A stretch of DNA of 64,000 nt from Oleiagrimonas citrea (lineage in GTDB: Bacteria > Pseudomonadota > Gammaproteobacteria > Xanthomonadales > Rhodanobacteraceae), in NCBI RefSeq assembly GCF_012395255.1, contig NZ_JAAZQD010000002.1:453929-517928 (forward strand), written 5' to 3'. The translations under genes and the position numbers were made by a program. Below, piece after piece: positions 10,904 to 20,756 of the stretch (positions within the stretch are counted from its first letter, which is position 1; each line of letters begins with the position of its first letter). Below the pieces are notes generated by a model. It worked only from the letters and a program-made list of their open reading frames with translations, was not told where the DNA came from and did not search any database.

Positions 10904-10920
10904 TGCCTAGCGCGCGTAAC

Positions 10921-12186
10921 TCAAGCGTCACGCTCACCCGGCAACTGCGGCACGCCATGCGCATTGCGCAGTTCGGGATCGACCGTGAGCGCCACTTCAC
11001 GCACGGCGTGCGCGCCGGGCAGCGCTTCGGTGGCTTCACCGCGGGTCATGCGCAGGGCGTTGCGGTAGCACTGTTGGGCCAGCAGCGGGTTGCCCTGGCC
11101 GGCGTAGGTCTCGCCGAGGGTTTCCCAGGCTTCGGCCGACGGCTCCAGCGACAGCGCCTGCGACAGGTACTGGCGCGCCTTGCCCCACAGTTGGATGCGT
11201 ACGCACATGCGGCCCACTGCGGTCAGCAGGGTGGCGTCACCGGGATGCGCGTCGAGCCAGCCTTCGGCGCGGCGCAGGCGGCCCTCGATATCCTGTCCCT
11301 GCAGCTGTCCGTAGGCCGCCACCAGCGCCGGCGACCAGTTCCGGCGCAGCGCCGACTCGATTTCGTCCATGGCCGGAAGCGGCCGACCGAAGCGCGAGAC
11401 CTGCTCGGCGTAGGCCGCGATCAGTTCCGGCTGACGCCGCTGCGCGCGGGACAGGTCGGCCCACAGGGCGTGCAGCGCATCGACGCTCGGCGCGCGCTGC
11501 AGCGCGGCACGCACCACGCGAAGCTGCAGTGCGGCATAGGCTTCGGCATCCAGCGCGCCGCTCTTGCGAAGGGGGTCCAGCGCGCCGCGCGCGCGGTCGA
11601 CATCGCCGCGCTGCAGGGCGGATTCGGCCAGTTCCAGCCAGCCACCCGGCGGCAGGCGTCCCGCGTCCGCTTCCGGCGCCAGCAGCGCCAGCGCTTCCTC
11701 GGCGCGACCGTCCTCGCGCAGGATGCGCGCGCGCACCACGCGCGCGGCCTGCGGCGCGCTCTGTGTGGCCTGATCCAGCGCCTCCATCGCGCGCTTGATG
11801 TCACCGCGAGCATGCGCGGCCCGTGCCGCGGCCAACAGTGCCGGCGCGCGTTGCGGCGCATGACGCGCCGCGCGACCCAGGTCGCGTTCGGCTTCGCCAT
11901 GACGCCCCTCGGCGAGCGCCAGCAGACCATCGTGAAAACGCTTGCGGCTGACCGCGCGCTGCCGACGCGTGACGGCGCCGAACGGCCAGCGCAGCAGACG
12001 CCAGCCCAGCGAGATCACGCCCCAGAACACCAGCAGCAGCACGATCGCCGTGACCAGCGTCGACTGCACCCGCCAGCCACGGATGCGGATCAGCACCTGG
12101 CCCGGGTCCTCGGCGACCCAGTGCCAGCCGAAGGCCGTGATCGTGACCACGATCGCCAGCAGCAGCACCCAGCGCCAAACCTTCAT
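10921..12186 (-). CDS. hemY: heme biosynthesis-associated TPR protein HemY
   Basis: Two N-terminal TM helices then TPR-like repeats. Overlaps the hemX stop by 4 nt. hemD-hemX-hemY order is conserved. Confidence 0.8.
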   Translation of the reverse strand: MKVWRWVLLLAIVVTITAFGWHWVAEDPGQVLIRIRGWRVQSTLVTAIVLLLVFWGVISLGWRLLRWPFGAVTRRQRAVSRKRFHDGLLALAEGRHGEAERDLGRAARHAPQRAPALLAAARAAHARGDIKRAMEALDQATQSAPQAARVVRARILREDGRAEEALALLAPEADAGRLPPGGWLELAESALQRGDVDRARGALDPLRKSGALDAEAYAALQLRVVRAALQRAPSVDALHALWADLSRAQRRQPELIAAYAEQVSRFGRPLPAMDEIESALRRNWSPALVAAYGQLQGQDIEGRLRRAEGWLDAHPGDATLLTAVGRMCVRIQLWGKARQYLSQALSLEPSAEAWETLGETYAGQGNPLLAQQCYRNALRMTRGEATEALPGAHAVREVALTVDPELRNAHGVPQLPGERDA

Positions 12187-13295
12187 CGCTGCACTCCCTT
12201 GTCCGAAGTCGTCGCGGGGGCGGGCATCGCCGCGCCGTGCACGGCGCGCAGGTTGTTCAGCTCACTCAGCGCCGCGCCCAGTTCCGGCGCAGGGCTCGCG
12301 GTGCGACCGCGCAGTTCGGCGAGTTGCGCGCGCAAGGTGCGCACCGCCACAGCGTGACCGTCGAAGTCACGCTGCAGGCGCTGATCGGCCTGCGTCAGCG
12401 CACTCCGGTAACCGTCCGGGTCCCACGCCAGCAGCGCGGCCTGCGCCTGCGCCAGGTCCAGCGCGGTCAGGGTCTGTGCCAGACGGCGCTGGGCTGGCGT
12501 CACACCGTCGTCGCGCTGCACCTGCACCAGTCCCGCGAACGCGTGCTTGACGCGCGCCCAGAAGCCGTTGCCGGTTTGTTCGACCGGCGCATCCAGCGGC
12601 TTCAGCGGCAGCGTGTCGACCTGGCCGCGCAGACGCGCCAGGGTGTCGAGATCGCTCTGGCGCTGCCCGGGATGCGTCGCGGCCAGAGCCTGACGTTCGC
12701 GGTCGATGCTCTGGCGCACGGCCGCGTAGGCGGGGTCCTCGACCTCGGCCATCACGCGATTGGCCATGGCGTAGGCGTGCATCGCGCCGTCGGCGTCGTG
12801 GAACAGGGTGAATCGCTCGTCCGCCATGCGCAATAGCATCGCCGCTTCGTCCAGCCGCACCGCATCGTGGCCGGATTGCGCCCGCGCGGTCAGGCCGGCG
12901 ACGGCGTTCTCCAGGCTGCGGCTGCGCTCGTTCAGGCTCTGCACCTGCCCACTCAGCGACTGCCCTTGCTGCTGCGCCGCCTGGGTCTGCTGCTGAAGCT
13001 GGCGGCCGCTCTGGTCCAGCGCATTCAGCTTGTCGCCCAGCGACTTCAATTGCGTCTGCACCGTCGACAGCGCGCGCGTGTCCTCGGCGCCGCCCTGCTG
13101 CAGGCGCCACACCCGCCAGCCGCCGTAGGCCGCGGCCAGCAGGGCAATCAGGGCCAGCACCAGGGCCAGGCCGGCCAGCCCCTGCCCGCGACGTGGTTTG
13201 CGCTCGCGCTTCTTCGAAGCGTCGGGAGCGGGAGCCGACGCCGGAGCCGCAGGCGTCGGAGCGGAAGTTTCGTGGTCGGAGTCGGATGCGCTCAT
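12183..13295 (-). CDS. hemX: HemX-like protein (uroporphyrinogen-III C-methyltransferase-annotated family)
   Basis: Pro/Ala-rich N-terminus, single TM segment, Q-rich coiled coil. Position between hemD and hemY. Confidence 0.75.
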   Translation of the reverse strand: MSASDSDHETSAPTPAAPASAPAPDASKKRERKPRRGQGLAGLALVLALIALLAAAYGGWRVWRLQQGGAEDTRALSTVQTQLKSLGDKLNALDQSGRQLQQQTQAAQQQGQSLSGQVQSLNERSRSLENAVAGLTARAQSGHDAVRLDEAAMLLRMADERFTLFHDADGAMHAYAMANRVMAEVEDPAYAAVRQSIDRERQALAATHPGQRQSDLDTLARLRGQVDTLPLKPLDAPVEQTGNGFWARVKHAFAGLVQVQRDDGVTPAQRRLAQTLTALDLAQAQAALLAWDPDGYRSALTQADQRLQRDFDGHAVAVRTLRAQLAELRGRTASPAPELGAALSELNNLRAVHGAAMPAPATTSDKGVQR

Positions 13296-13339
13296 ACGCT
13301 CATGCTAGCCCGAGCGCGGCGCAACGGCCATATGGCGGT

Positions 13340-14110
13340 TCAGCGCGGGTGCCGGTGCGCGGCGACCGCGTCGAGCAGATCCCCGGCGGACGCCGAAGCC
13401 GCGCGCACCGGCTCGCCGAAACCGGCTTCTCGCGCATGCTGCTGCAACCGCGCGCTGCTGACCACGATCCGGCACGCCTGCAGATGCCGCACGGCGGCCT
13501 CAGGCAGGACCTGCATCAGGTTGTCCAGCGCCTGCGCACTGGTCACCAGCAGCCAGGCCGACGCGTCCAGCGCCTGCACCATCTGTACATGCCGGCGACC
13601 GAGCCGTGGCCGGACGCGCTCGTAGACATGCGTGATGCGGACCTGTGCGCCACGCTCGATCAACGCGGTCGCAAGCAGGTCTCGCCCGCCCGGCGCGGTG
13701 ATCAGATTCACACGCAAACCACGCACGCTTTGCAGCCACGGATGTTCCAGCAGCCCCTCGCTGTGCTGGCTGCGCCGCGGCGGGGATTCCGCCTGCATAC
13801 AACCGGCGCGCTGCAGGGCGCGCCGCGTGCCGCTGCCCACGGCCAGCACGCGCGCCTGCGTGTTGAGCGGCGCCAGACGCTGGGCGAAACGCACGGCAGC
13901 CGGACTGGTGAAGATCAGCAGATCGTCCCGCTGCGCCTGCCGCCAAGCCTTGCCCGCCTCGGCCTCGGGCATGGCGCGCAGGGACAGCCCCGGCAACAGG
14001 TGCGGTTCGCCGCCGCGCGCACGCACATGGCGCGCGAGCGCACGCGCGGTGCCGGACGGCCGCGTGATGACAATGTCGACGCCCGCCAGCGTCTGTGCGC
14101 AGGAATCCAT
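13340..14110 (-). CDS. hemD: uroporphyrinogen-III synthase
   Basis: HemD-like ~256 aa product from internal Met (MDSCAQTLAGVDIVITRP). The longer ORF-track N-terminus is low-complexity. Confidence 0.75.
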   Translation of the reverse strand: MDSCAQTLAGVDIVITRPSGTARALARHVRARGGEPHLLPGLSLRAMPEAEAGKAWRQAQRDDLLIFTSPAAVRFAQRLAPLNTQARVLAVGSGTRRALQRAGCMQAESPPRRSQHSEGLLEHPWLQSVRGLRVNLITAPGGRDLLATALIERGAQVRITHVYERVRPRLGRRHVQMVQALDASAWLLVTSAQALDNLMQVLPEAAVRHLQACRIVVSSARLQQHAREAGFGEPVRAASASAGDLLDAVAAHRHPR

Positions 14111-14196
14111 GCCGTCGATGCTACCTGCATCGCGCATGCGCACGAAGCCGATTCTGCTTGCTGACTGTCGAGCGGCTCGGCACACTGACGCGCCTG

Positions 14197-14685
14197 ATGA
14201 ATACCACCACCGTCTCCGATCGCGCGCGCTCGCTGGAGCGCTTCCTTCTCGACAGCATCCCGCCGGCGCGGGCCATGCAACTGCAACTGCTCGAACACGA
14301 TGCCGGCCGCCTGCTCATGGGCGCGCCGCTGGCCGCCAATGTCAACGACAAGGGCTGCGCCTTCGGCGGCAGCCTGACCAGCCTGATGACGCTGGCCGGC
14401 TGGTCATTGGTGGAACTGCTGCTGCGCGAGCACGGCCACGACTGCGATGTGTTCGTGGCCGACTCCCAGGTGCGCTACCTCAAACCGGTGTGGGAAGACC
14501 TGCGCGCCGAGGCGCAGTTCGCCGCGGAGGCCGACCCCGATGCTTTCCTCGACACGCTGGCATCGCGCGGCAAGTCGCGCATTCAGGTCGTGTGCCGCAC
14601 CCTGACCAGCGAGGGCGAAGCCGCCACCCTGGAAGCACGTTTCGTTGCCCGTCTGCGCAACCATGAAGCGCATGCGGCACAATGA
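14197..14685 (+). CDS. hotdog-fold thioesterase (YiiD C-terminal-like)
   Basis: 163 aa from MNTTTV. The conserved ..CAFGGSLTSLMTLAGW..VRYLKPV.. pattern is thioesterase-like. Confidence 0.55.
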   Translation: MNTTTVSDRARSLERFLLDSIPPARAMQLQLLEHDAGRLLMGAPLAANVNDKGCAFGGSLTSLMTLAGWSLVELLLREHGHDCDVFVADSQVRYLKPVWEDLRAEAQFAAEADPDAFLDTLASRGKSRIQVVCRTLTSEGEAATLEARFVARLRNHEAHAAQ

Positions 14686-14710
14686 CCCCTTGCTCGGGGA
14701 GGTGCGAACG

Positions 14711-15139
14711 ATGAACAAGCGTTGGATGACAGGTGCGGTGCTGACGATTCTGCTGGCGCTGCTCGCACTCGGCGGATGCGCCACGGATCGCCGCAGCAGC
14801 AAGCTGCGCGATACGCTGACCGCCTACGGCGCAGCCGTGCGCTGGGGCAGCTTCGATCAGGCGCGCGCGTTCTTGGACCCCAAATACCTGGAAAAACACC
14901 CGCTCACGCACTTGGAAATGGAGCGTTACCACCAGGTCCGCGTCAGCGAATACGATGATGGAAGCGGCCCGATTCCCGTCGACGACACAACCGTGCGCCA
15001 GATCGTCCGCATCGGCCTGATCAACGTCAACACGCAGGCGCAGCGCACCATCATCGACCGCCAGACGTGGACCTACGACCCGGTCAAGAACCACTGGTGG
15101 CTGGAAAGCGGCCTGCCCGACATCACGCCCGGCCACTGA
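14711..15139 (+). CDS. lipoprotein of unknown function
   Basis: GGGGAGG RBS. Signal peptide with lipobox (LALLALGGC). Confidence 0.55.
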   Translation: MNKRWMTGAVLTILLALLALGGCATDRRSSKLRDTLTAYGAAVRWGSFDQARAFLDPKYLEKHPLTHLEMERYHQVRVSEYDDGSGPIPVDDTTVRQIVRIGLINVNTQAQRTIIDRQTWTYDPVKNHWWLESGLPDITPGH

Positions 15140-15264
15140 ACCTCGACCGGCTCCTCCCCGGTCCGGACACCGTTCGACGCCCCGGTCGCCTTTGCGCCGC
15201 ACCGCCGGCTCTCGGATAATGTCCGGCTCGACTCAACGCGCACTTCGCGCCCACGGACTTCCCC

Positions 15265-15708
15265 ATGAGTGATTTCCTGCACACGTTGCCCGAATTCATC
15301 GGCAACCATCCCTGGCTCAGCCTGCTGTTCGTGATCCTGCTGGTCGCGATCATCGTCGGCGAGATCATGCGCCTGACGCGCAAGTACAAGGAACTCAATC
15401 CCTCCGAGGTGACCCTGCTGGTCAACCGCGAGGACGCGCTGGTCGTGGACATCTCGCCGTATGCGGATTTCGAGAAGGGCCACGTGCCCGGTTCGCGCCA
15501 CGTGGCGATGAGCCAGTTCGACCCGGAGAACAAGGATCTGGCCAAGGCCAAGGACCTGCCGGTCGTGGTGGTCTGCAAATCCGGTCAGACCGCCCGCGGC
15601 GCCGCGCAGCGTCTGGTCAAGGCCGGCTTCACCCGCGTGCACACCCTGCGCGGCGGCATGTATGCCTGGCGTCAGGCCAACATGCCGATGGCGACCGGCA
15701 AGCGCTGA
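15265..15708 (+). CDS. rhodanese-like domain protein with N-terminal TM anchor
   Basis: TM helix then a rhodanese fold with catalytic Cys loop (VVVCKSGQTARG). Confidence 0.75.
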   Translation: MSDFLHTLPEFIGNHPWLSLLFVILLVAIIVGEIMRLTRKYKELNPSEVTLLVNREDALVVDISPYADFEKGHVPGSRHVAMSQFDPENKDLAKAKDLPVVVVCKSGQTARGAAQRLVKAGFTRVHTLRGGMYAWRQANMPMATGKR

Positions 15709-15736
15709 AGCGCACGCCGGTCCACGCGACACGCCG

Positions 15737-16279
15737 TCAGCGGTCGACGGCGCAGCGGCCAGACTGATACAGGCCGCCCTGGGTGAAATACAGCGTGCAG
15801 GTCCACGGCCGCGAACCCTTGCCGCTTTTCTCGATGGCCCGGTCAGCCGACGCGCGCGCCTGCGAACCGGCCTGATCGGCCGTGCTCCGCGCGGCATCGT
15901 TGGCGATGTCCTGCGCTGTGCCGTGCGAGGACATCGAACCGAACAGACGACTCAGCCCGTGCCGGATCGAACTGGACACGGCGCTGCGCGCCGCCGTGTG
16001 TCCCAGCGAACGCGCCGTGTCGTGCTCCGTGGCCGCCGGCGTGACGCCGCGCCAGCGCACGACCTGCCGCTGCGCGCCCTGCGCCTGTTCGGTGCCCATG
16101 CTGACCGGCTGTCCGAGCAGGGCGATCGCCTGCTGAAGACTGGTCGAGCCCTGGCGGAATGCCTGCAGGCTCGGCATGGCCCGAACCGGCAGGGATGCAC
16201 TCCCCGCGACGGCCGCGGCCGGGATGAGCATGGCCAGGACGAACCCGCCCCGCCGAAACATGAGTGAATGCGCGCGCAT
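15737..16279 (-). CDS. hypothetical secreted protein
   Basis: Signal peptide (MFRRGGFVLAMLIPAAAVAGSA). Ser/Ala-rich. No recognisable domain. High GC3 on this strand. Confidence 0.45.
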   Translation of the reverse strand: MRAHSLMFRRGGFVLAMLIPAAAVAGSASLPVRAMPSLQAFRQGSTSLQQAIALLGQPVSMGTEQAQGAQRQVVRWRGVTPAATEHDTARSLGHTAARSAVSSSIRHGLSRLFGSMSSHGTAQDIANDAARSTADQAGSQARASADRAIEKSGKGSRPWTCTLYFTQGGLYQSGRCAVDR

Positions 16280-16421
16280 GACCGATTGGCCTCCTTGTCG
16301 TGATCCGATGTTGCACCTGCGCCGCCCCCTGCCGGACGCGTTCTCCTAGATGTAATGCAGACGCGCGAAAAGGTCCGCGCGCTGCATCACAACGGACGAT
16401 GCCGAACGACGCGCGCGAGCG

Positions 16422-17480
16422 TCACATTCCGTGGATGCCGGCGCGGGCATCGAGGATGCGCGCCAGCACCTCGGGCGCGTAGTCGAAGGAGTCGTAGTAC
16501 AGCCGCGATTCCGGCAGACCGGCCTCGACGAAGGCGCGCCGGCCAGCGTCGATCAGCGCCGGCGGCCCGCACATGTAGACATCGTAGGCAGACAGATCTG
16601 GATGGTCCTCGAGCACGGCCTCGTGCACCAGTCCGCCGCGCACCCGCGCCTGCGCCGCCTGCTGCGGATCGGACACCACCGGATGGAAATCCAGCGTCGG
16701 CACCTGCTCGGCCCAGCGCGTGGGCAGGTCACGCAGGTACAGGTCCGCACCGCTGCGCGCGCCCCAGTACAGATGCATCGGGCGGCGCGTGCCCAGGTGC
16801 AGGAAGTGCTCGACCATCGCCTTGACCGGCGCGAACCCGGTGCCGCCGGCCATCAGGATCATCGGCCGCTCGGAATCTTCGCGTGGCACGAAGGTGCCGA
16901 ATGGCCCCTCCACGCGCAGCACGTCGCCGACATCGAGCGTGTCGAACACCCAGGACGTGAAACCGCCGCCGGAGACGTGACGCACATGCACTTCCAGCTC
17001 GTCGCCCTCGTGCGGCGCTCGCGCCAGCGAGAATGCGCGACGCTTGCCGTCGTCCAGCAGTACCTCGATGTACTGGCCGGGCAGCCAGCGCATACGCCGA
17101 TCGCCCTGCGGCATCAGGCGCAGACGCACCACGTCGGGCGCCAGACGATCCTTGGCGCTGACGCGCACGTCCACTTCGCGCCGCGGAATATCCTCGACCG
17201 AAGCCACCTCGCGTACTTCCAGGGTCAGGTCCGACAGCGGCACCGCCTGGCACAGCAGCGCAGCATGCCGCGCCTGCTCGGCGGCATTCAGTGCCGAGGG
17301 CGGATGGCGCGGATAATGGCAGCGGCCTTCGAGAACGATGGCCTTGCAACTACCGCACAAACCGGCGCGGCACGAATACGGAAGCGCCAGACCAGCGCGC
17401 TGCGCGGCCTCGAGCACGGTTTCGCCGTCGTCGACGGGAAACTGGCGGCCGCTGGCTTTCAGAGTGACGGTGAACGACAC
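16422..17480 (-). CDS. 2Fe-2S ferredoxin / FAD-NAD(P)-binding oxidoreductase (CDP-6-deoxy-3,4-glucoseen reductase-like)
   Basis: Plant-type ferredoxin Cys motif (CRAGLCGSCK), FAD motif RAFSLA, NAD motif GGTGFAP. Probable GTG start (VSFTVTLK...). The longer ORF-track N-terminus is non-homologous. Confidence 0.8.
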   Translation of the reverse strand: MSFTVTLKASGRQFPVDDGETVLEAAQRAGLALPYSCRAGLCGSCKAIVLEGRCHYPRHPPSALNAAEQARHAALLCQAVPLSDLTLEVREVASVEDIPRREVDVRVSAKDRLAPDVVRLRLMPQGDRRMRWLPGQYIEVLLDDGKRRAFSLARAPHEGDELEVHVRHVSGGGFTSWVFDTLDVGDVLRVEGPFGTFVPREDSERPMILMAGGTGFAPVKAMVEHFLHLGTRRPMHLYWGARSGADLYLRDLPTRWAEQVPTLDFHPVVSDPQQAAQARVRGGLVHEAVLEDHPDLSAYDVYMCGPPALIDAGRRAFVEAGLPESRLYYDSFDYAPEVLARILDARAGIHGM

Positions 17481-17567
17481 GGTCGATCCAGGTTCGATGA
17501 ACGTACATTGTCGCCAATACGGCCCGCGCGCGACAATGCACCTCTTATTCCGCCCGCGGACACACAC

Positions 17568-18008
17568 ATGGCCTTGTGGAAACACGAACCCGACCTGGAC
17601 CGGCTCAACGGCTGGAGCGACAACACCCTGATGCAGGTGCTCGGCATCCGCCTGACCGAAATCGGCGACGACTTCCTGCGCGGCACCATGCCCGTGGATG
17701 CCCGCACCCACCAGCCCTACGGCATCCTGCACGGTGGCGCTTCCGTGGCGCTGGCCGAGACCCTGGGCAGCAGCGCGGCCATGCTGTGCGTGGACCCGGA
17801 AACGGAAGTCACCGTCGGCCTGGACATCAACGCCAACCACATCCGCGCCGTGCGCAGCGGCACCGTCACCGGCACTGCGCGCGCCCTGCACATAGGCCGC
17901 ACCACGCAGGTGTGGGAAATCCGCATCGAGGACGAAGCCGGGCACCTGGTGTGCATGTCGCGCCTGACCATGGCCGTGGTGCCCAAGCGTGCGATCCGCG
18001 GCGCGTGA
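17568..18008 (+). CDS. PaaI/YbdB-family hotdog thioesterase
   Basis: 146 aa. ..ILHGGASVALAETLGS.. core. Divergent from the reductase with an 87-bp spacer. Confidence 0.75.
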   Translation: MALWKHEPDLDRLNGWSDNTLMQVLGIRLTEIGDDFLRGTMPVDARTHQPYGILHGGASVALAETLGSSAAMLCVDPETEVTVGLDINANHIRAVRSGTVTGTARALHIGRTTQVWEIRIEDEAGHLVCMSRLTMAVVPKRAIRGA

Positions 18009-18015
18009 GTCGACC

Positions 18016-18966
18016 ATGACCGCCAACGAAGCGCCCTACGCCGGGCTGTCGCCGGACCTCGTACTGGATGCCGTCGACGCCACCGGCCTGCTCGCCGACG
18101 GACGCCTGCTGGCGCTCAACAGCTACGAAAACCGCGTCTATCAGATCGGTCTGGAAGACGGGCGCTTCCTGGTCGCCAAGTTCTACCGTCCGGGACGCTG
18201 GAGCGACGAAGCGATCCAGGAAGAGCACGACTTCAGCGCCGAACTGGCCGCCGCCGAACTTCCGGTAGTCGCGCCGCTGACCTTCGAAGACACCACGCTG
18301 CTGCGCCATGAAGGCTTCCGCTACGCGCTGTATCCGCGCCGCGGCGGTCGCGCGCCGTCACTGGAATCGGCCGACCAGCTGCAGTGGATGGGCCGCCTGC
18401 TGGCACGCATGCACGGCATCGGCGCACGCGCGCCGTTCCATCATCGTCAGCGCTTCGACCGCGAGCACCTGATCGGCCTGCCGTCGCGGGCCGCGCTGGC
18501 GTCGGGCCTGCTGCCCGCGCACCTTGAGACGTCCTACCGCGACGCCATCGCGCAACTGGACACCGCCGTCGCCGCGCGCTTCGAAGCCGTCGCGCCCCTG
18601 CGCACGCTGCGCCTGCACGGCGACTGCCACCCCGGCAACATCCTCTGGACCGACGCCGGCCCGCACTTCGTCGACCTCGACGACGCCCGCACCGGCCCAG
18701 CCATCCAGGACCTGTGGATGCTCGCCGATGACGAACGCGGCCTGCGCGAACTGCTGGAAGGCTATGCGCAGTTCGCCGATCTCGACCCGTCCGAACCGCA
18801 CCTGATTCCGGCCCTGCGCGCCATGCGTCAGGCGCATCACGCCGGCTGGATCGCGCAACGCTGGCACGATCCGGCGTTCCCGGCTGCCTTCCCGTACGCC
18901 GCCGAGGCGCGCTGGTGGCAGGAACACATCGACGATCTGCGCGAAGCCACCGACGCGCTGGCCTGA
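18016..18966 (+). CDS. srkA: stress-response Ser/Thr kinase SrkA (YihE/RdoA family)
   Basis: Catalytic loop HGDCHPGNILW and ..VDLDDAR.. (DFG-like) are typical of YihE kinases. Confidence 0.8.
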   Translation: MTANEAPYAGLSPDLVLDAVDATGLLADGRLLALNSYENRVYQIGLEDGRFLVAKFYRPGRWSDEAIQEEHDFSAELAAAELPVVAPLTFEDTTLLRHEGFRYALYPRRGGRAPSLESADQLQWMGRLLARMHGIGARAPFHHRQRFDREHLIGLPSRAALASGLLPAHLETSYRDAIAQLDTAVAARFEAVAPLRTLRLHGDCHPGNILWTDAGPHFVDLDDARTGPAIQDLWMLADDERGLRELLEGYAQFADLDPSEPHLIPALRAMRQAHHAGWIAQRWHDPAFPAAFPYAAEARWWQEHIDDLREATDALA

Positions 18967-19007
18967 ACCGGCTATCCTGCGCGTTTGCTCCCGACGAGTC
19001 CGTTTTC

Positions 19008-19451
19008 ATGCATCGAACCCTGCTGCGCCTGATCGGCATCCTGCAAATCGCCGGCGGCCTGTTCGGCCTGGTCGCCGAAGTCGAACGCCTGTTCCCCTGG
19101 GGCGGCATGCTCGACATGATCGTCGCGCTGATCGGCGCGCTGCTGTTCGGCCTGATGCTGGTGGCCGGCGTACTGCTGCTGGAGCATCACGCGGCCGGCA
19201 CGCGGATGTCGCGCTGGCTGCAGCTGGCGCAGCTGCCGGTGATCGGCACGCCGTTCCTCAGCTACGCGCTGCACGCCGGCGCGCACCTGAATCTCGCCGT
19301 CATCATCCACCGCCCACTGGGACTGGCGTTCGGCGGCCACCTCGGCTCCTGGCACTGGCTGCTGGCGCCGGCCGGTCCGCACGACTGGCACCTGGGCGTC
19401 AACCTGGTCGCGCTGGCCGCGTGGTTGATCCTGCGCTGGAAGCGCGCCTGA
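19008..19451 (+). CDS. membrane protein of unknown function (4-5 TM)
   Basis: Highly hydrophobic 147-aa product. High GC3. Confidence 0.5.
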   Translation: MHRTLLRLIGILQIAGGLFGLVAEVERLFPWGGMLDMIVALIGALLFGLMLVAGVLLLEHHAAGTRMSRWLQLAQLPVIGTPFLSYALHAGAHLNLAVIIHRPLGLAFGGHLGSWHWLLAPAGPHDWHLGVNLVALAAWLILRWKRA

Positions 19452-19542
19452 CGCGCGCTTCTTCGCCCCCTGATCGCGCGACCGGGCCACGTCCGCGAAA
19501 CGGCGAAGTCCGCGGCGGCCGCGGCACGACTACAATACCCGG

Positions 19543-20712
19543 ATGACGCACATCGACACGCCCACCATCACCCTCAAGACCGAACGCCTGCCGGGCCATC
19601 CATGGATCTGGTCGGCACAGGTGCGCAAACCCGAACAGCATCTGCCGCCGGGCACGGTGGTGCGCATCGTCGATGCGCGCGGACGCTTCGTCGGACACGG
19701 CTTCTGGAACGGCCATGCACGCGTGGCGCTGCGCGTGCTGACCACCGACGAAGCCGTGCACATCGACGCCGACTTCATCGCCGCGCGCATCGCCCGCGCC
19801 GTGGCGCTGCGCCGCGATGTGCTGAAGCTCGACGAGATCGGTAACGCCTGGCGCGTGGTCAACAGCGAGGGCGACGGCCTGTCCGGCCTGGTCGTGGACC
19901 GCTATGCCGACACCCTGGTACTGGAATACTTTGCCGCCGGCATGTGGCGGCTGCGCGAAGTGATCGAGGCCGCGCTGCGCGAGCACTTCCCCGGCGCGAC
20001 GTTGTACGCCTTCGCCGAGCAGCACGTGCAGAAGCAGGAATCGTTTGACTGCCACAGCGGCGAGGCGCCCGCGCCCGTGCGCGTGACCGAACACGGCCTG
20101 ACCTTCCACGCCGCGCCCGGCGCCGGCCACAAGACCGGCTTCTTCGCCGACCAGCGCGACAACCGCCGCCGCTTCGCCGAACTGGCGCGCGGTCGCCGCG
20201 TGCTGGACCTGTGCTGCAACAGCGGCGGCTTCGCCATCCACGCCATGGCCGCCGGCGCGCGCGAGGCCATCGCCGTGGATGCCGACACCGGCATTCTCGA
20301 CATCGCCCGTGCCAACGCCGAGGCCAACAACGTTGATGTGCGCTTCGAGGCCGCCGATCTGTTCGACTGGCTACGCGCCGCCATCGACCGCGGCGAACGC
20401 TTCGACGCCATCGTGCTGGACCCGCCCAAGTTGACCCGCGACCGCCGCCGCGTGACCCAGGCGCTGAAGAAGTACTTCGCCATGAACCGCACCGCGCTGG
20501 ACGCGCTGACGTCAGACGGACTGTTGCTGACGTGCTCGTGCACCGGCCTGGTCGGCGCCGACGACTTCCTCGACACACTGCGCCGCGTCGGCCTCTCGGC
20601 TGCACGCGACGTGCAGGTGCTGGACCTGCGCGGCGCGGGCGCGGACCATCCGGTCGCCGCCAACGTGCCCGAAGGCCGCTATCTGAAGGCCGCGTTCTGC
20701 CGGGTGAGCTAA
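19543..20712 (+). CDS. rlmI: 23S rRNA m5C1962 methyltransferase (RlmI/RlmK class)
   Basis: PUA-like N-terminus then class I SAM-MTase (..VLDLCCNSGGFA.., ..VLDPPK..). Confidence 0.85.
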   Translation: MTHIDTPTITLKTERLPGHPWIWSAQVRKPEQHLPPGTVVRIVDARGRFVGHGFWNGHARVALRVLTTDEAVHIDADFIAARIARAVALRRDVLKLDEIGNAWRVVNSEGDGLSGLVVDRYADTLVLEYFAAGMWRLREVIEAALREHFPGATLYAFAEQHVQKQESFDCHSGEAPAPVRVTEHGLTFHAAPGAGHKTGFFADQRDNRRRFAELARGRRVLDLCCNSGGFAIHAMAAGAREAIAVDADTGILDIARANAEANNVDVRFEAADLFDWLRAAIDRGERFDAIVLDPPKLTRDRRRVTQALKKYFAMNRTALDALTSDGLLLTCSCTGLVGADDFLDTLRRVGLSAARDVQVLDLRGAGADHPVAANVPEGRYLKAAFCRVS

Positions 20713-20756
20713 GCTCGCACTGCGCGTCGCCATCGCGGCGCACGGGGAAGCGCGCG

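Noticed and set aside
16431-17567. N-terminal 380 codons of plus-strand ORF 16431-18008 overlapping the reductase gene
   Set aside because: Only the last 146 codons (from ATG 17568) match a PaaI thioesterase. The upstream part is the antisense of the ferredoxin-reductase gene and has no homology.
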